A stretch of DNA of 64,000 nt. Source: the human T2T-CHM13v2.0 reference genome, Homo sapiens. The position numbers and the translations under genes were made by a program. Shown here one piece after another: positions 1-12,391 of the stretch. Position 1 is the first letter of the stretch. The number at the start of each line of letters is the position of its first letter. The notes beneath the pieces are model-generated. The model searched no databases and was not told the DNA's origin. It was given only the letters and a program-made list of their open reading frames with translations. The stretch is from NCBI RefSeq assembly GCF_009914755.1, contig NC_060941.1; one strand, 5' to 3'.

Positions 1-1174
1 CTGCCATTAGGAAGATCAGGGTCTTACCTCTTTGGTTTTGCCCATGTGAGGTGCTGCGAAGGGTTTCTTGCTGCACACCAACATCTTTTCTGATGTCTTT
101 ACTGGCTTTTAAGTCAGGTTGTTGTCAGATTGCCATTTCATACTTTTTGGGCAGTTTTGTGTAATGTCTTCTGTGGTCGTGGGCGGGAACTCCATGTACC
201 CAGGAAGGCATTCCTGGCACCTGTGTTGTGACCATCTTTAGAAACCTGGCGGAATTCACTTGTAAAGCAAGATGGTTGTCAAGGCCAGAGGTGAGGGGCA
301 AGGTGAGTGTGACATAGTCTTCAAAGTTTTAAAATCCACACCCCTACCCCCAAAATGAAGTGATTAGGAAGACCTTTGTAGGAGGTGCTGATGATTTTTC
401 CTTCACGAAAAGAGGCATGTGACTTGGACCTGCCATGGATTTGGCCAGCAGAGCAGGAAAGAGACTGGGCAGTTCAACCTCGGGTACTAAGTTTTCCAGA
501 GCAGGAGTTGGTTTAACTTTTAGTTGGGCTGGCGGAGCTCTTACTTTGAGGCCATGTCCAGAGATGGTATTTCTGGCTTTTGGCTTGTCTTGTCTTACCT
601 AGAGCACCTGGTAGTGGATTCAGGGTTTTCATTTTGGCCGTAGAAGGCTTTGCCAAGCAGGTACTCAGACACTACTGGGTTAAGCTTCTGGCCTTCCTTC
701 TGTGAATTGGGCTGGGAAAGTGTCCCGAGTTCCTGACAGCTGCTCTACGTGGAAGGGCAGAAGCACCCACAAAGTGTGCTGGTCTGGTGGTGCTGGCCCC
801 CCTGGCTTCTCTGTGGGCCATCACAATGGAGGGTGGGGGACAGTCCTAGACAGGACCTCACAACCCCACTGTGAGCTAATTTGGGATCTCTAGGGTACCC
901 ACATGAAGTCATAGCTTACTGTGACTTACACAGGCCCCTGAGGATGAAGGTAACAGTCCTGTGAGCACTGAGGCTGGGCTGGGACCAACACCTGAGCCAT
1001 GGCTCCAGCACTCTGATTCCTGGCCCAGCCATGCTGCTGAGGGTGCACAGCCCAGGCCTACCATCGCCCCCACCCTTGGTGGCAGAACCGAGCACTACCC
1101 AGCAAGGTAGGTGTTGGCGGCTGCAGCATGTATCCAGCCCTCCTGTTCATTGGGGCCTTCTGGGAACACCCTTT

Positions 1175-1325
1175 AGAGCTGCATTGTCCAGTAGGTAGCT
1201 GCCAGCTGCAGGTGGAGAGTTCAAGTTAACCTAAAGTAGAATTCAGTGCCCTAGTCACACTGGTCACATTTCAAGTGCTCAGTAACCTCCCATGACTAAG
1301 TGGCTGCCAGTATTGGATAGCAGTC
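1175..1325. mobile_element. hAT-Charlie MER3-like DNA transposon fragment
   Basis: cacatttcaagtgctcagtaacc...gtggctgccagtattggatagc motif. Confidence 0.6.
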
Positions 1326-3083
1326 ACTCTTGAGGGTCACCGAGACCTTTACCTCTTGTGACCTACTCTACTTTACCATGTTGCAACTGCTGCGACTATG
1401 GCTCCTGTGGCAAAGGTCAAACTCTTTGTCTCGCCTGACCAGCACTTCAGCTCCTAGGATTTCTTCCTGTTTTACTTTGGGACTCACTGTTCCCTCCCAT
1501 GCCCAAAGATATTAGAACCTCAATTTATGTCCTGTCCCCCTCCCTACCCACCCACTGCAGCCTAAGGAAATCCTGGCCCTCTTTGAGAAAGCCTTCCTGG
1601 GCTCCCTTTGCCCACTTCTCAGCTGCTTGTGGCGCAGGGGTGTGTGTGTGAGTGAGTGAGAGAGATTGATTCTTCCATCAGAATCGTGTGCTTCTGGTGA
1701 TCAGAATCTTCTGCTTATAGCAACTTAAACATATTTGAATGAATGAGCAAGGTGAATGACTGTGACCTGATGAGGAAATAGGTAAATGCATCTGATACAA
1801 GCCAAGAGGCGCTTTTGGAATCTTGCGGAGAACTCCGAGTTTGTGATTTTCCTCGACCAAACTCCCATGGAAGGGAGTATGCCTCTGCCTGGCCACAGAC
1901 TGCTGTCATTCTCTGAATGCAGTGGCTGAAGTGCTGGGCTTTAGGTTCTGATTCCCTGCCCTTGGAAGACCCCCTTCAAGGGGAAGAGTCCCTCAGCAGG
2001 AACTTAATGAGCTGGGCACTCTGGAGGTGGAGTGTCTTGGGCAGGCTCCTTCCTATTGGTAGAACACCTGGGGACAGCCTTTGTCAGTGTGAACACTGGA
2101 ATAATGGAAGAAATGTTCAAATTCCAGTGTAAATGTTCATTCAGAACGCAAAGTGGATGTGGCTTCACTGACCAGGCCCAAGCCCACATTGGGCTTGTTG
2201 GGCACTTGGCTCCTAAGCTGTTGTTTTTATGGTGGACTTTCCCATCAGTTACATGCGGCTCTTTTTGCAGTCACTGCAGCCAAATTGGCTTAGTCACTGG
2301 GACCAACACTCTCTGTACCATTGCCAGGGATTTGTTTTCTTGTTTAGCAGAAGGCTGTAGCCTGCAGTTACCAGGTTTGTCAGCTGAGTTGAGAGTGAGG
2401 CCATTACTTTTCTGAGGGCTGTTCTGAGAAGCTGCAGGTACCTCCCTGGAGAAAGAAGAGATCCTTTGGAACCTGGAGTGAGCAGATGAATGCTGAGGCC
2501 TGTGGCTGTAGCACGTGCCTAACTTCAGCTCTGTGTGACCACTTGGCAACTAGCCAGTATGCATCTATTCCCAGGCAAATGGACCTGCTAAAAATAAGCA
2601 GGCAGCTATTTAATTCCAACAGATTCAAAATGACAGAGTGTCCTCCCCACCAACCCTAGGGCAGGGCTCTGCAGCATCCTTCTGGGAGGCTTTTCTCTGA
2701 CTGCAGACAGGTCTGCCCTTAGTCCTGGGCCTGGGGGAGGAGCCAGCCTTTGATTAGCTTGTGAGTAGGAAGGCTTTGGGGACTACTGTGATACCACTTA
2801 AATGTTGAGAAGTTCAGGTTTACAAAAAAAAACACCTCAGGGCAAAGAGAGCAACTCCGAAGAGTCTGGCCCAGTGCAGGAAGGAAGATGTCAGAAGAGC
2901 CTTGTAAGGCTAAAGGGGTATGTGTATGTATGAAAAGAGGTGGCACTACCTGGGCACTCAGGAAAGCCTGATGCATTTTATACCACCTCTTGTAGCCCTG
3001 TCGGACCACGTAAATTGGGCAAAATGGCATCTTACCAATTCCAAGAAGTCTGTTTGACTGAGGTGAGAGTGGCTCAGGGGTGA

Positions 3084-3407
<324 letters not shown>

Positions 3408-4639
3408 TAGCTGATTTCTTGACTAGTGGGAAGTGGGGGCTGGTAGAGGGGCATCTGTGAGGTGTCTCCTGGCAATGGGTGCCCTTAGTGAGACCCAGCC
3501 AAGGCCTGCTGATCCCAGGGTCTCTTGGCTCTGTTCTTGTTGGAGGATGGTTCACATCTCTAGGCACAATTCCCTGGTAGCAAGGAAAAAAACACATCTT
3601 CCACTCTGCTCTTCGGGGATCTGGTAATCTCTGTTCTCAAGTGCTGGTGGAGCGCTTCAAGCCAGGCAGTTTCTGTTCCTGGAAGCAATGGTGTGAGAAG
3701 GGCTTTATCTTGAGCCACTCACTGCATAGAAGCAGTGACACCTGGTTCCTGATTGCTCAGCCTTGGGTCTCTGGCTCTAGTCCAGAGTGCGGGGTGAAGG
3801 CTGGGGAGAGATGGGCACTGGGAATTTAGGTGGGACATCCTGGATTCTGTGGGTTGGGTGAAATGGGTAGCAGTATTCAGTGCCTTCTAGGAGGCCATCC
3901 CTGGCTTGGAAATGTTGTAGAAACCATGTTTTCCAGGCAGTAATTCTTCAGTAGCTCCAGTGACTATAGGGGTGACTCTAGAGGTGGTGGTCTGAGGGCT
4001 TAGAGCCTCAGTCTCTGGGGAACAAGCTGGGCAGGGAGGGCTAGTGGTGGTGTCCTGGTAAACTACAGAGCAGCAGGCAGAGATGGGTGTTGTGGCCTGC
4101 AGTGGTGATTCTGTGCATTCTGTCTGAGGACTGAGAACAGGGCAGGTGAAGTGCAGGGAGCCTAGTGACAGAAGGTGCTGGGGACTGGGTATGGGTGGCC
4201 CAGGGTACAGGACCAAAGCCAGGGCAGAGGTGCGTGCTTTGAGTGTTGGGTCTCTACCTCACTGTAGTATAGCCCCCTTATGGGATCTTGGGAGGCTGGG
4301 TGTGGTGGTGTGGTGTGGGACCAGCAACTAACTGCTGGAGACAGGCAGGACCCCTTGGGATCAACTTTTAGTTCTAAAGGGGTGGGGCTTCTCCCAGCCA
4401 TCTTGAGAGGTGGTTTGTGTTTTGAGCAGACAGCCAATTAGAGTCTGCGGCCTTGGGCCCTTGATATGTAAAATAAGGAGAACTAGCCCCCGGTGGGGTA
4501 GCTGTTAGGATTGTTTTTCTTCTCTACCCCATCCCATTTAATCTTTTTCCTGCGATCAGATAATTGCTATGGGAGTCACAGCTATAAATCTGGGTGAAAT
4601 GGGATTGCCTAGTTAATAAGGAATCACAATCTAAATTTA

Positions 4640-4991
<352 letters not shown>

Positions 4992-5176
4992 CTGACCGGA
5001 TGAAAACCTGGGTTTAGACTCCACTCCTCTTCCTGCTGGCATGTGCCCTGTTAGGTAGGATTTGAATCTTTTGACAGCAGGCCACGGGCACACTCCCCTA
5101 TCCATTGCAGCCTTTCCTCATAGCCACTTTCCCGTCTCAAACTGTCCTTACTCTTTTTTTTTAAATTATTTTTTCC

Positions 5177-5390
5177 AGCCAGACCAACATGGAGAAACCC
5201 TGTCTCTACTAAAAATACAAAATTAGCTGGGTGTGGTGGCGCATGCCTGTAATGTCAGGTACTCAGGAGGCTGAGGCATAAGAATCACTTGAACCCGGGA
5301 GGCGGAGGTTGCGGTGAGCCAAGATCACACCATTGCCCTCCAGCCTGGACAACGAGAGCAAAACTCCCGTCTCAAAAAATTAAATAAAAT
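5177..5390 (+). mobile_element. 5'-truncated AluS
   Basis: Right arm plus part of left arm. Confidence 0.85.
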
Positions 5391-5553
5391 TATTTTTATT
5401 GGGCAGCCCCCAAACTAGAATAGGTGTAGGGAGACTTCCCTGTCTTTACTCTTTTATTTGAAAGACAATTGAACACAAAGCAAATACAAGGCAAATCTCC
5501 CATCATTACCACTTTTTTGGGTGTGGGCGGGTTATTACAGAACAGTGATTCTC

Positions 5554-5837
5554 TCTTTCTTCCCCCCAGGATGGGGTCTCACTCTGTTGCAAGTGCAGTG
5601 GCACGATCTCAGCTCACTGCAACCTCCGCCTCCCTGGCTCAAGTGATCCTCCTGCCTCAGCCTCTGGAGCAGCTGGAATTATACCACCTGGCTAATGTTT
5701 TTTAGAGACAGGGTTTCACATGTTGCCCAGGCTGGTCTCAAACTCCTGGCCTCAAGCGATTTGCCGCCCCCTCCACCACCCCCAACCCCCGCCTCCCAAA
5801 GTGCTGGGATTTTGGGTATGAGCCACCACACCTGGCC
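5554..5837 (-). mobile_element. Old Alu (AluJ-like) with 16-bp TSD cagaacagtgattctc, inserted at the start of a MER5B-like element (5843-6012)
   Basis: Alu sequence; TSD at ~5538-5553 and ~5838-5853. Confidence 0.8.
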
Positions 5838-6788
5838 TCAGAACAGTGATTCTCAAACTTGACTGCACATTGTAATCACCTTGGTTTTAAAAAAACCCTG
5901 CTGCTGGGGTCTCACTCTAAGATTCTGATTTAATAGGGCTGGTGCTGCCTTGGCCTTGGGCTTTTAAAAGCTTACCAGATGATGCTAATGTGAAGCCAAG
6001 TTGGAGAACCGGTTGTGAAAGAAATTAAAAATCTCTCCTCCCAAAAGGAGGAAGTAAGACTCTTTATCTGTAGGTAAGAAATCCCAAGGAAATCTACTAA
6101 ATGGTTAGAATTAGTGAGTTCAGCAAGTTTGCAGGATACAAGATCAGTGTGTAGAAACTTCCCCTCTCCTACAACTGAATGGCTTGTTGTGTGTCCTTCC
6201 CAGTTTTTCCATGGGATTATGTGAACATAGACATTCCATACACATGGTGGTCTGTACCTTTTTGTTTTACGTATCCAGGTGATTTTTTCCATGTCGGCAC
6301 ATGAGATCAACTTCTTTCGGTAACATCGGTATGTCAGTGGATTCCATAATCTACCTAGCAGTGATTCCCCTGAAATGTTTGTTAATCCCAATTTTGTTTC
6401 AAATGATGCCTCAGCCTGTGCAGAGGTACGTGGGTTAAAAACATTTTGAAAAAAAATTTTTTAAGGGACTAGTCTCACTGTGTTGCCCAGGCTGGTGGCA
6501 ACTCCTGGACTTCAGCGATCCTCCTGTCTCTGCCTCTTTAAGTAGCTGGGATCACAGGTGCTTGGCTTTGTGGATTTTTCTTTGTTGTGGTTTTGTTTTT
6601 GTTTTTTTAATTTAAAGATGCCAAGTGTGGGATTTCAGAGTTGTAGGATGTGGTTATGAGCTTTTAAGAGCTATCATAAGGCTCTCCGGAAAGGTAGTAC
6701 AGACTTCCCCTTTTCTTGGCTCATATAGCGCCTCTTCCCCACAGTTCTAGAATAATGGGTTCCAGATTTAATGTGGGAGAGAATTTAG

Positions 6789-7114
<326 letters not shown>

Positions 7115-7153
7115 TCCTTGAGCTATTTTAACCTTCAAGATAGTAATTCATTT

Positions 7154-7420
7154 GGCTGGGCACCGTGGCCTGTCATCCCAGCACTTTGGGAGGCCGGCTG
7201 GCGGATCACCTGAGGTCTCGAGTTCCAGTCTAGCCAACATGGCGAAACCCCGTCTCTACCAAAAATACAAAAATTAGCCAAGTGTGGTGGTGGGCGCCTG
7301 TAGACCCAGCTACTCTGGAGGCTGAGACAGGAGAACTGCATGAACCTGGAGGCAGAGGTTGTAATGAGCCGAGATCACACCACTGCACTCCAGCCTGGAC
7401 GACAGCGAGATAAAAGGAAA
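7154..7420 (+). mobile_element. AluS
   Basis: Alu consensus with small deletions. Confidence 0.88.
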
Positions 7421-8340
7421 ACAATCTAGCAAGGTTCTGTGTTTGAATGTGAAGCAAAACGGTAGCACTAAATTTCTTCCCTGAGGAATTGATGTAAAGC
7501 CTTAGCCCTGGCCACTGCCTAGCCCTGCATTGTGCTTCAAATGCTATCATTGCTGCTGCTTCAAATATCAGCAAGAAAGTTTATCTTTAAAGATATAGGG
7601 ACTTTCAAATGGAGGTGACCTTCTCACTACCACTGCCCCCACTTCATCACTTCAGGGGCAGAACACACCTCTTAGCATTCCTTCACAAACTGTAAGGTCC
7701 TTCTCAATCCCCTAGGGATCTTGTTAAAATGCAAGTCTGAGGTGAGACTGGGATACTGCATTTCTAGCAAGGTCCTAGGCAATATTCAGGACTTCTGGTA
7801 CATGGATCGCACTTTCAGAAGCAGAGTCCTAGAGTAGTGGTTCCCAGCCTTGGCTGGAAAGTAGAACCTCTCAGGGAACTTTTAAAAGTACTGATGTTCT
7901 GGTTCTGCCAGAAAACAATATAAGTCAAACCAATATGAGTTGTTAAAACATGTGCATTTGTTATCTCTAAAAGAAAACAAACCCAAATAAGGTGTAATTC
8001 AGCTTGTCAGTTGAAGGATTTTTGGTTTTAAAAAGACATTACTTTGGCAGAGAGATTTAAAGTTTGCTGGCATAGGAAGCATTGAATGTAAGTGTTCTAG
8101 AATAAGCCCATCATATACCTTTAGTGAGTGTTAACTGCTTTGCAAAGAACTTTCTATATCTCAGCTAATCCTTATACCAACCATCCATTAAGAGATGTGT
8201 CCCCATCTTACAGATGAGGAAAAATTGAGTTTTCTATCCCCTTTACATGTCTGTTGCCTTCTTCTAGGCCCTTACTATTCCTCCTTGCTTAGACCTAACT
8301 GACTTAGGTTTCTAGGTTCCTTCTGCTCGATATACTTCAC

Positions 8341-8609
8341 TTTTCTTTTTTGAGATGGAGTCTTGATCTCGGCTCACTGCAACCTCCACCCCCCTGGATT
8401 CAAGCAATTCTCCTGCCTCAGCCTCCTGAGTAGCTGGGATTACAGGCGCCTGCCACCATGCCCAGCTAATTTTTGTATTTTTAGTAGAGACAGGGTTTCA
8501 CCGTGTTGCCCAGGCTAGTCTCAAACTTCTGACCTTAGGTGATCTGCCGAGCTCTGCTTCCCAAAGTGCTGGGATTTCAGGCTTCAGGCATGAGCCACTG
8601 CGCCCAGCC
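8341..8609 (-). mobile_element. AluS
   Basis: Alu consensus. Confidence 0.88.
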
Positions 8610-8763
8610 TCGATTCACTTTTCATCCTGTTCCCAGAATTGCCTTCTAGAAACAATTTGATGTGTGTGCCTTGCAGACCTATGCTGGTTCTCTGTTGTCT
8701 GCAGGATAAAGTCCAGACTACGCAGTGGGGCCCTAGGACACCCTCACTGACCCCACGATGGTA

Positions 8764-9164
8764 CAGATGCTCCTCAGCTTACAATGGAGTTACATCCTGG
8801 TAGACCCATTGTAAGCTGAAAATAGCATAAATCGAAAATAAATACATCTAATGCACCTAACCTACTGAACACCATAGTTTAGCCTAGGCTACTTTACATG
8901 AGCTGAGAAGACTCACAGTCGTCTACAGTGGGGCAAAATCACCTAGCAACACGATCCACTCTGGAGTGCCCGTTGTTCACCCTTGTGATAGAGTGGATGA
9001 CTGGGAGCTAGCATTGCGAGAGAGTAGCGCATCACCTATTGGTAGTCCAGGGAAAGATCAGAATCCAAAATTGGAAGTATAGTTTCCACTGAATGGGTAT
9101 TGTTTCCCACCATTGTAAAGTTGAAAAATTCTCAGTTGAGCCTTGGAAGATCAGGGAGCGCCTG
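8764..9164. mobile_element. MER47-like (Tigger family, TcMar) DNA transposon
   Basis: Termini CAGATGCTCCT... / ...GGGAGCGCCTG are imperfect inverted repeats flanked by TA; internal cctaacctactgaacaccatagtttagcctagg. Confidence 0.75.
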
Positions 9165-9807
9165 TATTTGAATCTTCCAAGTCTGACCTGGACCTTCATG
9201 CTGCAGTTTGCTGTGTTGGTCCCTCACCCTGGAGCATCTCCTTAGCCATTGGGAATTTTATTCCTCCTTCATTCTCACTGTCTCTAATTGCTGAGTAACA
9301 AAGTTCCATTTCATTGACTCATGATTTTATGGGTAGATGTGAGGGAACCATGCACATGTGGATTCCATGGGGGTTTGAAATGCTCTGATGCCACTTGATA
9401 GAAAAAAATGTTCTGTGAGTTTAGAGAACTGAGCCACACTGAGCAGAGCTAGCCCCTTTTTGGGGAACATAGAGAGAATTTGGCATCATGAAGTGATGAA
9501 GGGAGGGATTTGGGTTAAAGAATAGAATGCTCGGTTTGTTTCAAGAGGGTGCGTGAGTTGGGGAGCATGGAGGGGAAGATGCCTCTTCCTGGCCACTGAC
9601 CCCCAGTGGATCACACAGAGGGTGGACTGGTACGAGCTGAGAGGTGTGCTCCTCTTGGAGGGCAGGGAAGGCGGAGGAGATGGCTCCAGCTCTACCCTGT
9701 TGACTGTCTTGCATGTGCGGTTGCCAGTATCCTCCTACCTGGCTCTGTAACATCCCTCCTCCCCGCTCTCCTGCTCTCCCCAGGTGTAATTACTTCAAGC
9801 CTCCAGG

Positions 9808-11521
9808 ATGGCAATCCAGTTCCGTTCGCTCTTCCCCTTGGCATTGCCTGGGATGCTGGCGCTCCTCGGCTGGTGGTGGTTTTTCTCTCGTAAAAAAGGC
9901 CATGTCAGCAGCCATGATGAGCAGCAGGTGGAGGCTGGTGCTGTGCAGCTGAGGGCTGACCCTGCCATCAAGGAACCTCTCCCCGTGGAAGACGTCTGTC
10001 CCAAAGTAGTGTCCACACCCCCCAGTGTCACAGAGCCTCCAGAAAAGGAACTGTCCACCGTGAGCAAGCTGCCTGCAGAGCCCCCAGCATTGCTCCAGAC
10101 ACACCCACCTTGCCGAAGATCAGAGTCCTCGGGCATTCTTCCTAACACCACAGACATGAGATTGCGACCAGGAACACGCAGAGATGACAGTACAAAGCTG
10201 GAGCTAGCCCTGACAGGTGGTGAAGCCAAATCGATTCCTCTAGAGTGCCCCCTTTCATCCCCAAAGGGTGTACTATTCTCCAGCAAATCAGCTGAGGTGT
10301 GTAAGCAAGATTCCCCCTTCAGCAGGGTGCCAAGGAAGGTCCAGCCAGGCTACCCCGTAGTCCCCGCAGAGAAGCGTAGCTCTGGGGAGAGGGCAAGAGA
10401 GACAGGTGGGGCCGAAGGGACTGGTGATGCCGTGTTGGGGGAAAAGGTGCTTGAAGAAGCTCTGTTGTCTCGGGAGCATGTCTTGGAATTGGAGAACAGC
10501 AAGGGCCCCAGCCTGGCCTCTTTAGAGGGGGAAGAAGATAAGGGGAAGAGCAGCTCATCCCAGGTGGTGGGGCCAGTGCAGGAGGAAGAGTATGTAGCAG
10601 AGAAGTTGCCAAGTAGGTTCATCGAGTCGGCTCACACAGAGCTGGCAAAGGACGATGCGGCGCCAGCACCCCCAGTCGCAGACGCCAAAGCCCAGGATAG
10701 AGGTGTCGAGGGAGAACTGGGCAATGAGGAGAGCTTGGATAGAAATGAGGAGGGCTTGGATAGAAATGAGGAGGGCTTGGATAGAAATGAGGAGAGCTTG
10801 GATAGAAATGAGGAGGGCTTGGATAGAAATGAGGAGATTAAGCGGGCTGCCTTCCAGATAATCTCCCAAGTGATCTCAGAAGCAACCGAACAGGTGCTGG
10901 CCACCACGGTTGGCAAGGTTGCAGGTCGTGTGTGTCAGGCCAGTCAGCTCCAAGGGCAGAAGGAAGAGAGCTGTGTCCCAGTTCACCAGAAAACTGTCTT
11001 GGGCCCAGACACTGCGGAGCCTGCCACAGCAGAGGCAGCTGTTGCCCCGCCGGATGCTGGCCTCCCCTTGCCAGGCCTACCAGCAGAGGGCTCACCACCA
11101 CCAAAGACCTACGTGAGCTGCCTGAAGAGCCTTCTGTCCAGCCCCACCAAGGACAGTAAGCCAAATATCTCTGCACACCACATCTCCCTGGCCTCCTGCC
11201 TGGCACTGACCACCCCCAGTGAAGAGTTGCCGGACCGGGCAGGCATCCTGGTGGAAGATGCCACCTGTGTCACCTGCATGTCAGACAGCAGCCAAAGTGT
11301 CCCTTTGGTGGCTTCTCCAGGACACTGCTCAGATTCTTTCAGCACTTCAGGGCTTGAAGACTCTTGCACAGAGACCAGCTCGAGCCCCAGGGACAAGGCC
11401 ATCACCCCGCCACTGCCAGAAAGTACTGTGCCCTTCAGCAATGGGGTGCTGAAGGGGGAGTTGTCAGACTTGGGGGCTGAGGATGGATGGACCATGGATG
11501 CGGAAGCAGATCATTCAGGAG
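9808..11521 (+). CDS. AKAP1: AKAP1 exon 2 coding part (aa 1-571 + 1 nt): N-terminal outer-mitochondrial-membrane anchor, PP1 motif KGVLF, PKA-R-binding helix. Exon starts at 9784
   Basis: ORF begins [30 protein letters not shown] and contains [21 protein letters not shown]. Acceptor is a pyrimidine tract + CAG at 9781-9783; donor GAG|GTAGGA after 11521. Frame continues into exon 3 as DHSG-GSDRNS. Confidence 0.98.
10723..10836 (+). repeat. Coding 21-bp tandem repeat (AATGAGGAGRGCTTGGATAGA x5 + 9 nt) encoding NEE[S/G]LDR
   Basis: Directly visible; aa 306-343. Confidence 0.97.
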
Positions 11522-11844
11522 GTAGGAGGGTCTCGGGTTCGTTTAGAGGATGGGGCGCTCCCAGTATTTCTTGGAGAAAGGCTGCCAGTCTGCCTCTCCC
11601 TTCTGCTACTTGTGCAGCAAAGTCATAGTGCTCTTCAGCTCTTTATCGCAACCTGCAGAGGTCTGGACACGGCGTAGAGCTGGTGGGTAACTGAGGAGTT
11701 AGATTGCCCTGAAACCCCAAGTCATGGGAGCTGTAACTTGGTTCCTCAACCGGTGACCTTCCCCAGTGAGCCCTTCCCAAGGAACTAGCGCCAAGTTGGG
11801 CTCGCTGATTAACATTAGTGTGCCTCTTTTTCTTTGTTTAAAAA

Positions 11845-11980
11845 AATTATTATTATTTTGGTGCAGATGGAGTCTTCCTTTGTTGCCCAGGCTGGTCTCG
11901 CACTCCTGGGCTCAAGTGATCCTTCCGCCCTCGGCCTCCCAGAGTGCTGGGTTTATAGGTGTGAGTCACTATGCCCAGCC
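11845..11980 (-). mobile_element. Alu monomer (FLAM-like)
   Basis: Left-arm-only Alu sequence. Confidence 0.8.
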
Positions 11981-12288
11981 CATTTTTTTTTCTTTTTTAA
12001 ACACTAACCTCTTTGTGTGTGCGTGTGTGTGTGTGTTTTAATGGAGAGGCCTCCTTAGCTTTACTTCCCTTGAGTGCCAGGTATGGGTGTGAGTGTTTTG
12101 AATGGTTTTTATTTCCTTTTAATCATGTGCTTGTTCCCATGTCTTCACCTGCTTTCCTTCTCCAGAAGCTCTTACAGGGTAAGTGCCCAAAGAACGGCCA
12201 CAGCTTTGAATACTTGTGGGAGGCTTGAGCTTCCTGAGTTGTCGCTGTCACCTTTGCAGAAAGCCTCAGCCATTTTCTTTCTGTGCAG

Positions 12289-12391
12289 TTGCAGCTCCAC
12301 CCCCGGGAAAGCGGGGCACTTTGATAACGAGGTGTCCTGGGTTTTTCGAGTGCTGACCCCAGCGTAGACAGTTCAGACCGCTAACTTACAG
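12289..12391 (+). CDS. AKAP1: AKAP1 alternative cassette exon giving the S-AKAP84-type C-terminus VAAPPPGKRGTLITRCPGFFEC* (coding to TGA 12354-12356)
   Basis: Acceptor ttttctttctgtgcag ends at 12288. A phase-1 join to exon 2 adds 22 aa then TGA, total 593 aa, matching my recollection of the short human isoform. Candidate donor CAG|GTCAGC after 12391. Confidence 0.85.

Noticed and set aside
240-310. Consensus donor AAG|GTGAGT after 302 as a possible 5'UTR exon end
   Set aside because: No convincing acceptor, and such 8-mers occur by chance; transcript data would be needed.
10555-10916. Overlapping repeat ORFs (MRRAWIE..., LLISIQA..., FLSKPSS...)
   Set aside because: Alternative-frame shadows of the 21-bp coding repeat.
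11522-11628. C-terminal ~35 aa of the 606-aa ORF
   Set aside because: Read-through into intron 2 past the donor at 11521/11522; the spliced frame gives exactly 903 aa.
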